Below the pieces are notes generated by a model. That model was not told the origin of the DNA. It worked only from the letters and a program-made list of their open reading frames with translations, and searched no databases. Positions 16,922-29,100 of a DNA stretch of 64,000 bases are shown here, in pieces. How positions within the stretch are numbered: the first letter of the stretch is position 1; each line of letters starts with the position of its first letter. The DNA lies in assembly GCA_012295275.1 (NCBI GenBank), contig CM022670.1, positions 40,548,001 to 40,612,000 on the forward strand, written 5' to 3'. This stretch comes from Chrysomallon squamiferum. Lineage: Eukaryota > Animalia > Mollusca. A program made the position numbers and the translations under genes.

Positions 16922-19900
16922 TAACGCATTTATTTTAATTTTTAATTTTTTTTTTTTTTTAATATAGTAAAATACAGTTTTAAATAATTGTGAATTAGCT
17001 GCATGATAAGGGTTGAAGATGGTAATTCTAGAGAGCATTTAGGTTATAAAACGTTCAAAAATAAATGAATCAGTTTAGTTTTTCTAACGTTTTGTGTTTT
17101 TCTTAGTAACCCATTTGTTGATATGTTCTGTGGATTTTAAATACTTCTTCTTTATTTTTCGTATGTTTCATCTATTATAATATTCTGAGTGAAACTGAAA
17201 AAAAAAAAAAAAAAAAAAAAAAGAGAACCTACAAATATCCAGAATCGGAGCAAAAATGCATATCAAACACAAAGATAACTCTAACAGCTAGAGAATTTTT
17301 TGGAAATAATCTGAAATGTTAATTTATTTATTTATTTATTTTTTATTTATTTATTTATTTTTGTAAGGAATTGGTTTTATAGCTGTACTTTTTCTCTGTA
17401 ACAAAGTAAAACATATAGCTGAAGAGCGAAATTGAACAAATTTAAATTAATATTGTTATTTTACTGCATTTTGATTTTGTTGTTCTTGTTATTCTTGTTT
17501 TATTGTATGTTTGTTTTATTGTGGTTCTTGTGTTGATAATGTGAAGGTTTCCCTCTTTTTCAGTCTTGTAGCTGCTTTGTGAAAGTTACTTTGTTTTTAT
17601 AGAACAGTTTTTAGTTATGTGTATGTTGAGTTGGAATGTCTGTATGGGTAAGTGGATGGATATAAATAATGTTTTGTGTATCTTTGTACGAACGTATTTA
17701 TTATTTATGTGCGCGTGTGTCCGTGAAATATAAAAAAATAAAGTCTAATAATTTTTAAAAGTACTGTAGTAACCTAGTTAAAATAATTTAACTGAAAATT
17801 AATAATATATACCCCATTTTTGTTCAGTGCTATATTAGCAATTATATTCGAAATTAAAATCGTCAAAAACTGATAAATTTGATTTACAATAATAATCATA
17901 AGTTAACCAACAGATATATATTATTCAGATTGTTTTTACCTTCACATTTCTTACCGTAATTAAATACAGTTTTTTAAAACACAAAATGAAAATTAGTTGT
18001 TTTAAAAAAAAAAAAAAATGTATAAAACTAATAATATTAGTAATGCTAGAATCCATGCAGATATTAATATAATGCAAGAAAATTAAAATAAAATGAATCA
18101 GACAACCAGATTTTCACCGTTAATGTTTCAGTCTTCAGTTAGTAAAAATGATTATACGATATAGTTACAAATTCTCAACATTAACTGACAGGTTATTTCA
18201 ATTACAGCATTGCAAATTGATATAAGAAACGAAATTCACCACCGCCATTACACAGATTGATGTAAAAAAAAAGAAAAAAAAAAAAAGAAAAGAGAAATGT
18301 TTAATGTTCGTCTAACAGATCAGTATGTACATCCACAATGAAATTGAAAAAAAGAAAAAAAAAATCATTTGTTAAACGTATTTATTGAAAACGAGCGTGA
18401 CTGGGTTCAATTTTAGCGCCATAATTAAAACTTCTGGAACCAAACAGCAACTCAGTTTAACAGCGCCGTTTCCCCCGGGGTCACCCGTCTGGAGCCCGTG
18501 GGCGAGCGGCTCAATACCAGATGCTGAATTGTCGCCAGCTTCTTTATTCCGTGTTTGCTGACATGCTCGAGAAAAGATTGCGCGGTTATCGATGACGATA
18601 GATGAGAAAAAGCACCGATCAGATTACAAAATTAGTTCTCCCTTATTAGTTACAGAGATATAAGACCGCACCAGCTGGCGCTGTTTCGATTTTATGCTAA
18701 GCGAATTCGCTAAAAACATTTCGAAGTCTCGGTATGCTTCAATCCGTTACGAGTAAAACGACGACAGCAAGGACAGCTTCAACGTTTCTGCTTTACGGTA
18801 CTGTTAAGTGAATTTGGTGTTTCGCTGTGTATCGGTGTTAAGAGAGATACGTTATCTTTGTCGTATTTTTAAAGTGAAATTGGTCATCAATCTTACGAGC
18901 TGGTCTCTATAGTTATATAAAGCTAAGGGGTTTGGGTTTAAATAAATTGCTGTGATAAAAAAAAAAAAAAAAAATGTAGTAAGATATTTGTATCTTACGT
19001 AATAATTTAAACCTATTTTTACGATTCTTTAATTTTGAAACATTTATATATTTACTGTATTTATTTATTATTTTATTGTTTTAAAGACTGCTTTGATATA
19101 ATGGCTGTATCACACTTGAGTCATTGTTCATGAATTATTCTGACACTGTTCAGAGTGTTTTTGTTTCAGTTTCGTTAGAAGACGATATTTTATAAAATTG
19201 GAATTAGTATGTGTTACTTACGTCCATGAAAAACAGTCAGAATAAAACGTTACGATAAAAGTGGAAGTAATGTAACAATAAATATTTTGTTTTATATAAT
19301 TTAACAGATGTTATGAGATTACTGTTCTTACTTAAATTAGTTTATAAAGGAGTTGATAATAACTTGTTATAGACAAAATAGCACAAAACATCTTTTTAAA
19401 TATTAAATCAGATATAGAGAAACTGGATTTTTATTAATAAAATAGTAAAATGCTAAGGTTAAAAAACAACAAACAAATCACATTTGAATATACCATTGAA
19501 ACTGCAATTTTATCTACCACGCTAGTATTTGGTTTTTTTCGCAAATTTAAATCTTTGTCATAAAATCCCGTTCTGACCACGTTACAAAATATATCGATAT
19601 CATCGAAAAAATTGCTTTAAGAAGAAAGAAGAATACACAAGAAATATGTGCATGTTTGAGTGCGCAAAGAGAAAAACAAGAAAGAAACTGAAAAACAAAA
19701 TCAAGATTAATACGTGGGAAACAGAAATTGCAAATTGGTTGCTAAATAAGGTTCACGTTTAATTAGAGGACAGAATGATGGACAGAAACATCTGAACAGT
19801 GACGTTTCTCTCATGTTAGCTCTGTAAACATGTCCACAGTTTGAAACGTTATTGTGTCTTGTGGAGGTCAGCCAGGTCACTCTTGGTCACTCGCTTACAC

Positions 19901-21307
19901 TGCGTAGATTAAATGATTTTAGAATTGCTCCTTAACATACAATTAGTTTAAACTACTGAAGTCGTAGAAGTATAAGAAATATTATTTCTTTCTTTTTATA
20001 TCAGCGATTTTGAGAGATTTTCTGTCATATTTTGTAATATCAAAATAAATGCATATATCTAGAAGGAAAGACATTTTAAATATTATTGTTAAATTTGTTT
20101 GTGTTATAATATACATAATCACTTGTGTATTTTCTTACAGAATAATCGTTTATAATGCTCCACTGATTTTGAAATAATATAAAATGGATAAATACGTGTG
20201 TATTTAAATTTTAAGAATATCTTATAACAGCACTGCACAGTAAAAAATAAAATTAAACTAATTAAGCAAATATTTTAATAAATTCTCATTAGACTTTGTT
20301 TTGGTTGTGTTCCATTTTCAGAAAATAATGATAAATCCTGCAGTTATCATCTGTATAGGATATTATTTTATTCGACTTCATAATTTTAAACAGATTTATA
20401 TAATTATTTCGATCTAAAGTATTCATATTTCTTTTCTACGTGTTTTCACTTGTCATTTATAAACCTGAAGACACTACTTCATTCACATTATGGTTGTTTA
20501 TTTATTTTTATTTTTTAATTTAATTTTTATTTATTTATTTTTTATACATAGAAGGTTACATAACTAATATGAATATAATAAATTTACGCGTTTGTCAATG
20601 AACTGACAAAATCGAAGAACAGAAGAAAAAAAAAACGAATGGCTAAATTGTCTAACTTTGTAATTAGAACAGACAGGAATATTTTTTTTTTTTTTTTTTT
20701 TTACACATTTGTCGTTAATCTGTGAGTGTAAATCGTTGAGATGAAGATTAGAGCAGTCACAGATGTAGTAACTCTGACTCTGAATTCGACTCTTTAAACA
20801 GTTCCCAAATTTAAAACAAAAAAAAACAAAAAACCTCTCCAGCGTGTGATGTTCCTTCATCGATTCAGCAACAACAGAAGACATTAATTTTAATTTTTTT
20901 TTTTTTTTTTTTTTTTTTGTACTGTTCTCAACAAATCAATCAATAAGCAATCAGTTTCTCAATTTCTCAGTTTTTAATATCAAAGACAGCTGTCTTAAAA
21001 ATTGATCGTTTTTAGATTAAAAGAAAACTGACGTAAACCTCTATAGCACGACAGTTTAAACCTAATGTTTGGTATATACAGGGTTCGGTCCTCGGTACCT
21101 CGATGTTTTAATTAAAAACAGAGACTTATAAATAGTTATCTTTCATCATGACAGACGTGCTTGAACCTTCAGTGGAACTTAGTGTGTCTGAAAGTATATG
21201 AAAGTTACGCGATTGAGTGAAAGCAAGTGACTTTGTAAATATTTGTTGGAGTTAAACTAAGAGAATGTTCAGTATTGTACGGCGAAAAATAAAATAAAAA
21301 TAAAAAA

Positions 21308-21338
<31 letters not shown>

Positions 21339-21383
21339 ATATAAAAATGAAATAAAAATAAAATAAAATAAAATAAAATAAAA

Positions 21384-21418
<35 letters not shown>

Positions 21419-21539
21419 ATATAAAAATGAAATAAAAATGAAATAAAATAAATAAAATAAAATAAATAAATACATAACAGAGTTGACGTAAAAACACAAA
21501 AACATACAATAATAATTAAAAGTCTGTAAATTTAGTTCA

Positions 21540-22900
21540 TACTTTTTTCTGACAACACCAGAGAGAAAACTATAGTGTTTGCAGTGATGTTGTAACTAAA
21601 GAAAATCGGAGTTGTCTGAATATATCTTTTATTTTGGCAAATCGCTTGAGATATTCAATCCTGACAATACCTCAATACTTACACTCATTGCACAATATCA
21701 GACACTTTGACAATTCCACTACATGAACTACATGTAAATAGTAATAATTTAATTTAATATTAATGAGAACATTTTAATGAAATAGCTGAGACAATATTTA
21801 TTCTGAATCCAGTGGAAAAATACCTTCTCCATTAAAACATAGCCCCAAACTAACAACATCTCAGCATAAAAAGGGTTGATAACTTATAAGGCTCTTTATT
21901 GTAAACAATCTTAAAACTGTCATAATTTAAATTCATATTCATGTATTTACCAATAAATAATGACATTGTATTTTTCCAACTTAATTTTAAAATTATTATC
22001 AAAATATTTCTTAAACATTTTAATAGGAAACGCCATATTCTTTAAATAAAAATCTTGAACATTTTGCCCACCCAAAATTTTATTCCTAGTGATTGTTGAA
22101 TAATTTATTAAAGGAATTTTCCCGTTCCACATAAATTTACAAGGCAACATCTGAATTTCATTTTGTACCACTTTGGAATACTAATTGTATTAATCATATA
22201 TCAAAGTCTAGATGTTAACAGAGTATTCTAAACTTGCGCTTTTTCATATATAGTTAGTTTCCTTTGACTCAGTGCATTAATTATATTAATAATTAATCTA
22301 ATTTACATAATGACTTATTTGGTCCTAAATAGATATTTAGTATTTTAACACAGCTTTTATTTATTGATACCGCGATATTAAATGACACATTTTTCTTTTA
22401 TAGTCTTACAAAGACTATCAACATTGGCCACTGAAGCCGGTATCATGGGAAAATTAACAGTGTTAAAAATAGACTCAAAAGGCTGAGCATAACAACCTTT
22501 TGACATAGTATTAGCAGCATTAAACAATTAAATTCATTTGTTATTCTAATGCCATTAAAACAATGTCTGTTCTTAATTAAATTATTTAAGGATTCTGCAA
22601 CATTAACATAAAACATCATTTAAACCAGATATTATTGTCTAACACCTTTAGTAGTATTAAAGAAAGGTTTTAATGTTCATTAATCTTGAAACAAATTATC
22701 GACTATTTTAATCCACGATATACATTTTTTTCAGAACAATTAATATGTAACAGTATTAAATAGCTTTTGCAAGAATGTATCTTTTGTATTAGCTAGAAAA
22801 TATTTCAAATAATAATTAATCACATTTCCATGCAAATGTATTTTAATTCGTTTTTATTAAAAGTGCCGAAACCATAGATTAAATGGAATCTGAATGTTAT
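21540..22900 (-). mobile_element. Decayed Tx1/L1-clade non-LTR retrotransposon ORF2 fragment (reverse transcriptase and C-terminal region)
   Basis: Minus-strand translation gives, in the expected order, KPFFNTTKGVRQ* (GVRQG motif, ~22635-22670), MFYVNVAESLNNLIK, VKILNIYLGP, NALSQRKLTIYEKAQV*NTLLTSRL*Y and KFMWNGKIPLINYSTITRNKILGG. Stops and frameshifts present; boundaries approximate. Confidence 0.75.
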
Positions 22901-23285
22901 AATAACAAAATAAGAAACTTACTATGGCAAGTTTGATGATATGGTTGATACATTACTTCTGTAAACGTCACTGTCAGTATCAATGGAAACATATCTTCTT
23001 TTTTTTTTTTTTTTTTTTTTTATAAATATTATGCAATGTTTTACATTAAACATATATGATATTCTTTGATTTCAACCTTAAAAAAAAATAAATAAATGAA
23101 TGAATGAATAAATAAATAAGTAAATAAATAAAAAAATAAAAAGTAAATAAATTAATTAATTAAACAAAATAATGATATTAAAAAATAATAACAATAAATA
23201 AAATAAAATAAAATAAAAAATAAAAGATAACATAAAAAGGATAATAAATCGCCTATCTCGCAAGGCTTAGCCACTGAAACTTCGC

Positions 23286-23341
<56 letters not shown>

Positions 23342-23806
23342 TTTAAAATTTTTAAAGTGAATACAAATTCATTAATAAATAAAAAATCTGACTATTATTC
23401 CTTTGCCTGGGATTGGATCAACGCAGACTCAATTCACCCAACAGTCAAATACAACTATAACACTATCAAAACTGATATTTAACTGTGAATAATAATTATG
23501 CAGTAGTAGTGATAACAACAACAACGACGACGACGACAACGACAATAATAATAATAATATTAATAATAATAATACTGGGTGAATTTGTAGATAGTTCTAT
23601 ATCGTTTTTGAATAATATCGAAGAATAAAGGGACGTAACTCTGAAAATACCAACTTTTGTACCATGTTTATTATCATCTTTAAGCTTTATTTTTCATATT
23701 GCATTATGAATTAGTGAAATACAGAATTAGGTCAGGTAATTAATTATATATTTACAAGCTAAATTTGAATATCATATATGAATAAACATAGAGAAACTAG
23801 TTATTA

Positions 23807-24252
23807 TTTATTTCAAACTAATCTGGCTATCTTCAAATGAAATTTAACACTGGTGTTTTGTGTTCTGTACCTAAGGTGAACAGTCCCCCAGGACAGCTCA
23901 TTTTCAAGTATGAGTAATCCCGTATTAGCCACACTGAGGTGGGGGTGTCATCACTCACCAGGTGACTCACTGTCGCTGCATTTAAGGTACAGTTTATTCA
24001 AATAATAAAATGCACATTTAATAGTAATAATAATAGTTTACAATGGTGAGGAATAATTAATGTAGTTTTCATTTTGATTCAAAAGTATACGACACATAAC
24101 TCAATAAAAATTATAATAAAATCTTACTACCTAGACTATTTCTAACGTTAGTGTTGTTAGTAATAAATTATTCGTAAATAAAACAAACACACTGTTGTGT
24201 TAAAATCGATTTTATTTCAGTTAATTGTTTACAGAAAATATTAAAAACAAAC
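23807..24252. repeat. ~440-bp repeat, copy A (direct repeat of 28404-28850)
   Basis: 23837-24062 is identical to 28434-28659; about 8 differences in the following ~190 bp. Confidence 0.95.
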
Positions 24253-24261
24253 CGAAAGTAG

Positions 24262-24930
24262 AATTCTTCTTTCTTCTTCCTTTTCTTCTTTCTTCTTGTT
24301 CTTCTTTCTTCTTCCTTTTCTTCTTTTTTCTTGTTCTTCTTTCTTCTTGTTCTTCTTTCTTCATCCTTTTCTTCTTTTTTCTTGTTCTTCTTTCTTCTTC
24401 CTTTTCTTCTTTCTTCTTGTTCTTCTTTCTTCATCCTTTTCTTCTTTTTTCTTGTTCTTCTTTCTTCTTCCTTTTCTTCTTTCTTCTTGTTCTTCTTTCT
24501 TCTTCCTTTTCTTCTTTCTTCTTGTTCTTCTTTCTTCTTCCTTTTCTTCTTTTTTCTTGTTCTTCTTTCTTCTTCCTTTTCTTCTTTCTTCTTGTTCTTC
24601 TTTCTTCTTCTTCTTTTCTTCTTTTTCTTGTTCTTCTTTCTTCTTCTTTTTCTTCTTTTTCTTCATCCTTTTCTTCTTTTTCTTGTTCTTCTTTCTTCTT
24701 CCTTTTCTTCTTTTTTTGTTGTTCTTCTTTCTTCATCCTTTTCTTCTTTCTTCTTGTTCTTCTTTCTTCATCCTTTTCTTCTTTTTTCTTGTTCTTCTTT
24801 CTTCTTCCTTTTCTTCTTTCTTCTTGTTCTTCTTTCTTCATCCTTTTCTTCTTTCTTCTTGTTCTTCTTTCTTCTTCCTTTTCTTCTTTCTTCTTGTTCT
24901 TCTTCTTCTTTCTTCTTCTTTTCTTCTTTG
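24262..24930. repeat. Polypyrimidine (TTC-rich) minisatellite with 35-bp units and local 70-bp higher-order repeat
   Basis: Units TCATCCTTTTCTTCTTTTTTCTTGTTCTTCTTTCT and TCTTCCTTTTCTTCTTTCTTCTTGTTCTTCTTTCT; TCATCC recurs at 24361 and 24431. Confidence 0.92.
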
Positions 24931-25409
24931 TTTTTTTATTTTCTTCTTATTCTTGCCTCTTCTTATCTTTTCTTTTCTTGTTTCCTCTTTTATCCCTCTT
25001 GTTTTCTTTCTTTTTGTTTGTTTGTTTGTCTGTATGTTTGTGTATGTGTTTGTCTGTCTTTCTAACTTTTAACTATTCCTACTCTAAATCTCTACAAAAA
25101 CTATTTGTTTTGTGTCGTACACTATTATAAATAATTATTCAAATTCAACAATACATTAAATTTAGAAGCGTCAGCCGAAATTTTTGAATAATTTAAAAGT
25201 TAATTAAACTGGACGCTTATTTAGACGGTTCGCCAAAGTAATCTAGATCGGATTATCAAAGAATTTAATGCCCAGTTTGATAAATGCCAATTTCGAAAAT
25301 TAATTTCCGATCAAGAACCATAGATTTATTTTTGGAATACCCGGTCACTGAATATTGATACCAAATTGACAAATGACCTGAAAAATAAATAAAACTAGAA
25401 TTACATTTG

Positions 25410-25620
25410 AAGTACTCACCGACGATGTCCGATCTCAACAACATATTTCAAAATATTTTACAACGACCTTCCACTTACCTAGCAAACAGCGAGTGACGTC
25501 ATTTCAATTGTTGACGTCATATTTATAGATTTCCGAACAAAGCGGAAGCAGACGACGTCGGAGATGTTCGTGAGACGCCATGTTGTTGCAACGATTACAT
25601 TTACGTCATCATTACTATGT
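25410..25620. promoter_or_regulatory. Orphan CRE-rich promoter-like CpG cluster
   Basis: TGACGTCA at 25494 and 25512, TTACGTCA at 25601, TATTTATA at 25520, CGGAAG at 25543, CGCCAT at ~25577; minus-strand donors at 25478 and 25419. Confidence 0.5.
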
Positions 25621-26160
25621 ACGTACACGAACACACACACACACACACACTGGCAGGCACGCACACACGCAAACATACACCTTACAGACAGAGAGAGAAA
25701 AGAGATGTGAGATGCAGAGAAAAAGATAAATGTGTAAGTTTTATGTACTAGTATGAAAGAGTTTCTGTGTGTATGTTATTATAATTATACAAGATAAAAC
25801 AGTTTTTGTATTTTTATAAGATTTACGACAAACACACAGACTCTCACAGGAAATCATACAGGTCTAATTCCTGGACATTTTAGTCATTATGCCTGACAAT
25901 TTTGGACGTTAGGCTAAATTCCTAAACGTTTCAGTCATTAGACCAAGTGACTAGTTAGACATATTGGCTGTAACATATACACTTTTTCTTTTCATGTTCT
26001 GTTGCAAGAGTTGCGACCGCTTGGGTTCGCGCCCGGGTTAAGCAAAAGTCAGACTTATTTACTGAGCGATTTTTATTCAACTTTTTGTCTTATTGTTTTA
26101 TTATTATTATTATTTTTTTAATAACAACAAAACAACAAAAATTACAGTAATAATAATAAT

Positions 26161-26210
<50 letters not shown>

Positions 26211-26246
26211 TAATAATAATAACAATAATAATAATAATAAGCACAC

Positions 26247-26290
<44 letters not shown>

Positions 26291-26930
26291 GGTGTCTTTG
26301 TACTATAGGTAAGCCTGTTATGTGCATGCGCATGTTTGCAATATCTATATGCACGTTCGCGTGTATATGTTGTATGTTTTTACATATGTTTATGTGCATG
26401 CGCACACACACGTGTCTAACCTACATTTTTGGGGTCCTGAAGCTTCTCCATTACAACATGAAATATAAATAAAAGGATGAAAGCACATTCAAACAACAAA
26501 AAACAGGAACCAAATCTTATTTAGTACTTTTAGTAGTCACGACTCTTGCTTTTAATTACAAACGTAATAGAAAGACTGAGTCAATGTAAAAAAAAAAAAA
26601 TAATAATAAATTTTGGTTAAATTAAAATGAAATAAAAATGTAAAAAAAAATGAAGAAAGAAAACGAACGTACTAAAACAAATTTAAAATTATTTTAAAAA
26701 AAACATTATTGTACTTTTGGAATTCTCATTTCAGCTGAGCTGCTTCCATTTCCCATCTTGTCTTTTACAAGTTTATTCTACGTACTCTGGTCATTTTGGT
26801 CTATTTTTGGTTTCCACTGCACACGAGTGATGCACGTGTAGATATATACTAGAACGAGGCTCTCATACAGCAGAAGAGGCTACTGATGTGAATATTTGAG
26901 TGTGCCATTGTCAATTTGCTCTGTCATCAC

Positions 26931-26978
<48 letters not shown>

Positions 26979-26979
26979 G

Positions 26980-27014
<35 letters not shown>

Positions 27015-28070
27015 TTATTTTATTATTATCTTTTATTATTATTATTATTATTTTATTTCTGTTATCTTTCGTGTTATAATGATTAATTTTCTTAAAATAC
27101 CTTCCATCTTTAAACAGACAGTGTTCAGAGTTTAATGGACAATCAACAGAACCAACTGACATCCTTTACAAATCACCAGTGAGTGATGTTTAAAAGCAGA
27201 CATAGCCAAAGTGTAATAGTACATTGGAATTTTGACATTAGTTAATGCTAACTTAGATTTTTTTTTATCATTTATTTAGTGTTAAATTATAGGCTAGTGA
27301 AGAGTTATTGTCAAGTGTTCCTTTTTTTCTTCGGTTCATGTACATCACTTGTTGAACTCGGAAATTCTGTGTTTAAGAATAATCAAATTTTCTGGAGGGC
27401 AACGCTAAAAAAAAAAAAAAAAAAAAAAATTCATGCTTTTCAAAATCCATAAAATCGATCATTTGTCAGTATATATACATTATATCTTAATAAAACACTT
27501 AAAATTAATATTAATTTATCATGCAACCATTAACAAGTCTTCTTAATGTTTTCATTGTTATTGTTATCAATAAACAAAATTTATTACAATGTCCCTTTGT
27601 ACCTAGATATTAAGTATAAAACGATATAAAATGTACCGTCAAACATTAATGCCATGATTATTAGTTGTAAGATACGGGACATAACTCGGGGTCAGTTTTC
27701 TATTTTAGGCAGTAAGAGTTGTCCTTTCGAGGCGCTTATTCCTTCGTATCATCAGTCAGTTAAATATTATTAAACGAACGTGTGTACAGTATATACATGT
27801 TCGTACATACAAACCACAATATTAGTTATTGTATTTTTATGCTTGTTCGTTCATTTACGGTTATAAAAACGGTGTGCGATATCCATAACGATCTTTTATT
27901 TATTATTATTATCTTTTTTTTTTTTTTTTTTTAAAGAAGAGAATTTCACACAGATAAGGCACGTGCGTATTCACGCACAAACATAAACCAAAATAATGTT
28001 AAATATTGTCTGCAATGTTGGAACTAATATGCATTTTATTTTCTTATTTATTTATTTATTTATATATTTT

Positions 28071-28106
<36 letters not shown>

Positions 28107-28403
28107 CTTTCTTATTTATTTATATTTTATTTTATTTATTTATTTATTTATTAGTTTTACCTTATTTTTTATCTTTTCAGATGATGTGTTCAGCATATTT
28201 CACGGATGGATGGAAACAATGCGAAATAACTGTCACTGGAAAATGTGGGAAGATAAAACCAAACTTTTAGAATAATGTAAGACAGAACTATTTTCAGAAT
28301 AAATAAAGAAAATATGTATAAAAAAATTAAGAAAGAAAATTAAAAAATATGAAAATTGTAAAACTTGAAAAGGTTCGTTATTTTATCATTATATCTTTTG
28401 TTG

Positions 28404-28850
28404 TTTATTTTAAACTAATTTAGATATTTTCATATGAAATTTAACACTGGTGTTTTGTGTTCTGTACCTAAGGTGAACAGTCCCCCAGGACAGCTCATTT
28501 TCAAGTATGAGTAATCCCGTATTAGCCACACTGAGGTGGGGGTGTCATCACTCACCAGGTGACTCACTGTCGCTGCATTTAAGGTACAGTTTATTCAAAT
28601 AATAAAATGCACATTTAATAGTAATAATAATAGTTTACAATGGTGAGGAATAATTAATGCAGTTTTGATTTTGATTCAGTAGTATACGACACATAACTCA
28701 ATAAAAATTATAATAAAAACTTACTACCTAGACTATTTCTAATGTTAGTGTTTGTTAGTAATAAATTATTCGTAAATAAAACAAACACACTGTTGTGTTA
28801 AAATCGATTTTATTTCAATTAATTGTTTACAGAAAATATTAAAAACAAAC
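28404..28850. repeat. ~440-bp repeat, copy B
   Basis: Direct repeat of 23807-24252, offset 4597 bp. Confidence 0.95.
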
Positions 28851-29100
28851 AACAAACACCATAATTTTAAAAAATCATATTTATATCATTTAACATTTAA
28901 TAATTTACAGAAAATAGTAAAAACAAACACATTAACGTTAAAAATCATTTTATTTCATTTAATAATAAATTGTTTACAGAAAATAGTAAAAGAAACAACA
29001 AAATGGTTTTAAAAATCGTTTTTATTTCATATTTAATGTTTACAGTAAATAGTTAAAACAAACGACAGAATAGGTTTAAAACGCATTTTTATTTCATTTC
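28790..29100. repeat. Degenerate ~65-80-bp AT-rich tandem repeat continuing from the end of copy B
   Basis: TTTACAGAAAATA(G/T)TAAAAACAAAC and AAAATC(G/A)TTTTATTTCA recur four to five times. Confidence 0.75.

Noticed and set aside
23865-23992. Hammerhead/twister ribozyme or SECIS in the structured core
   Set aside because: The hammerhead CUGANGA core is absent on both strands, I found no twister or SECIS core in the right arrangement, and no selenoprotein is adjacent.
24168-25130. Long Phe/Ser/Leu and Lys/Glu/Arg ORFs
   Set aside because: Translations of the TTC-rich satellite, which lacks stop codons by composition.
23807-28850. Two direct repeats 4.6 kb apart as LTRs of a retroelement
   Set aside because: No clear TG...CA ends, primer-binding site, target-site duplication or gag/pol remnants between them.
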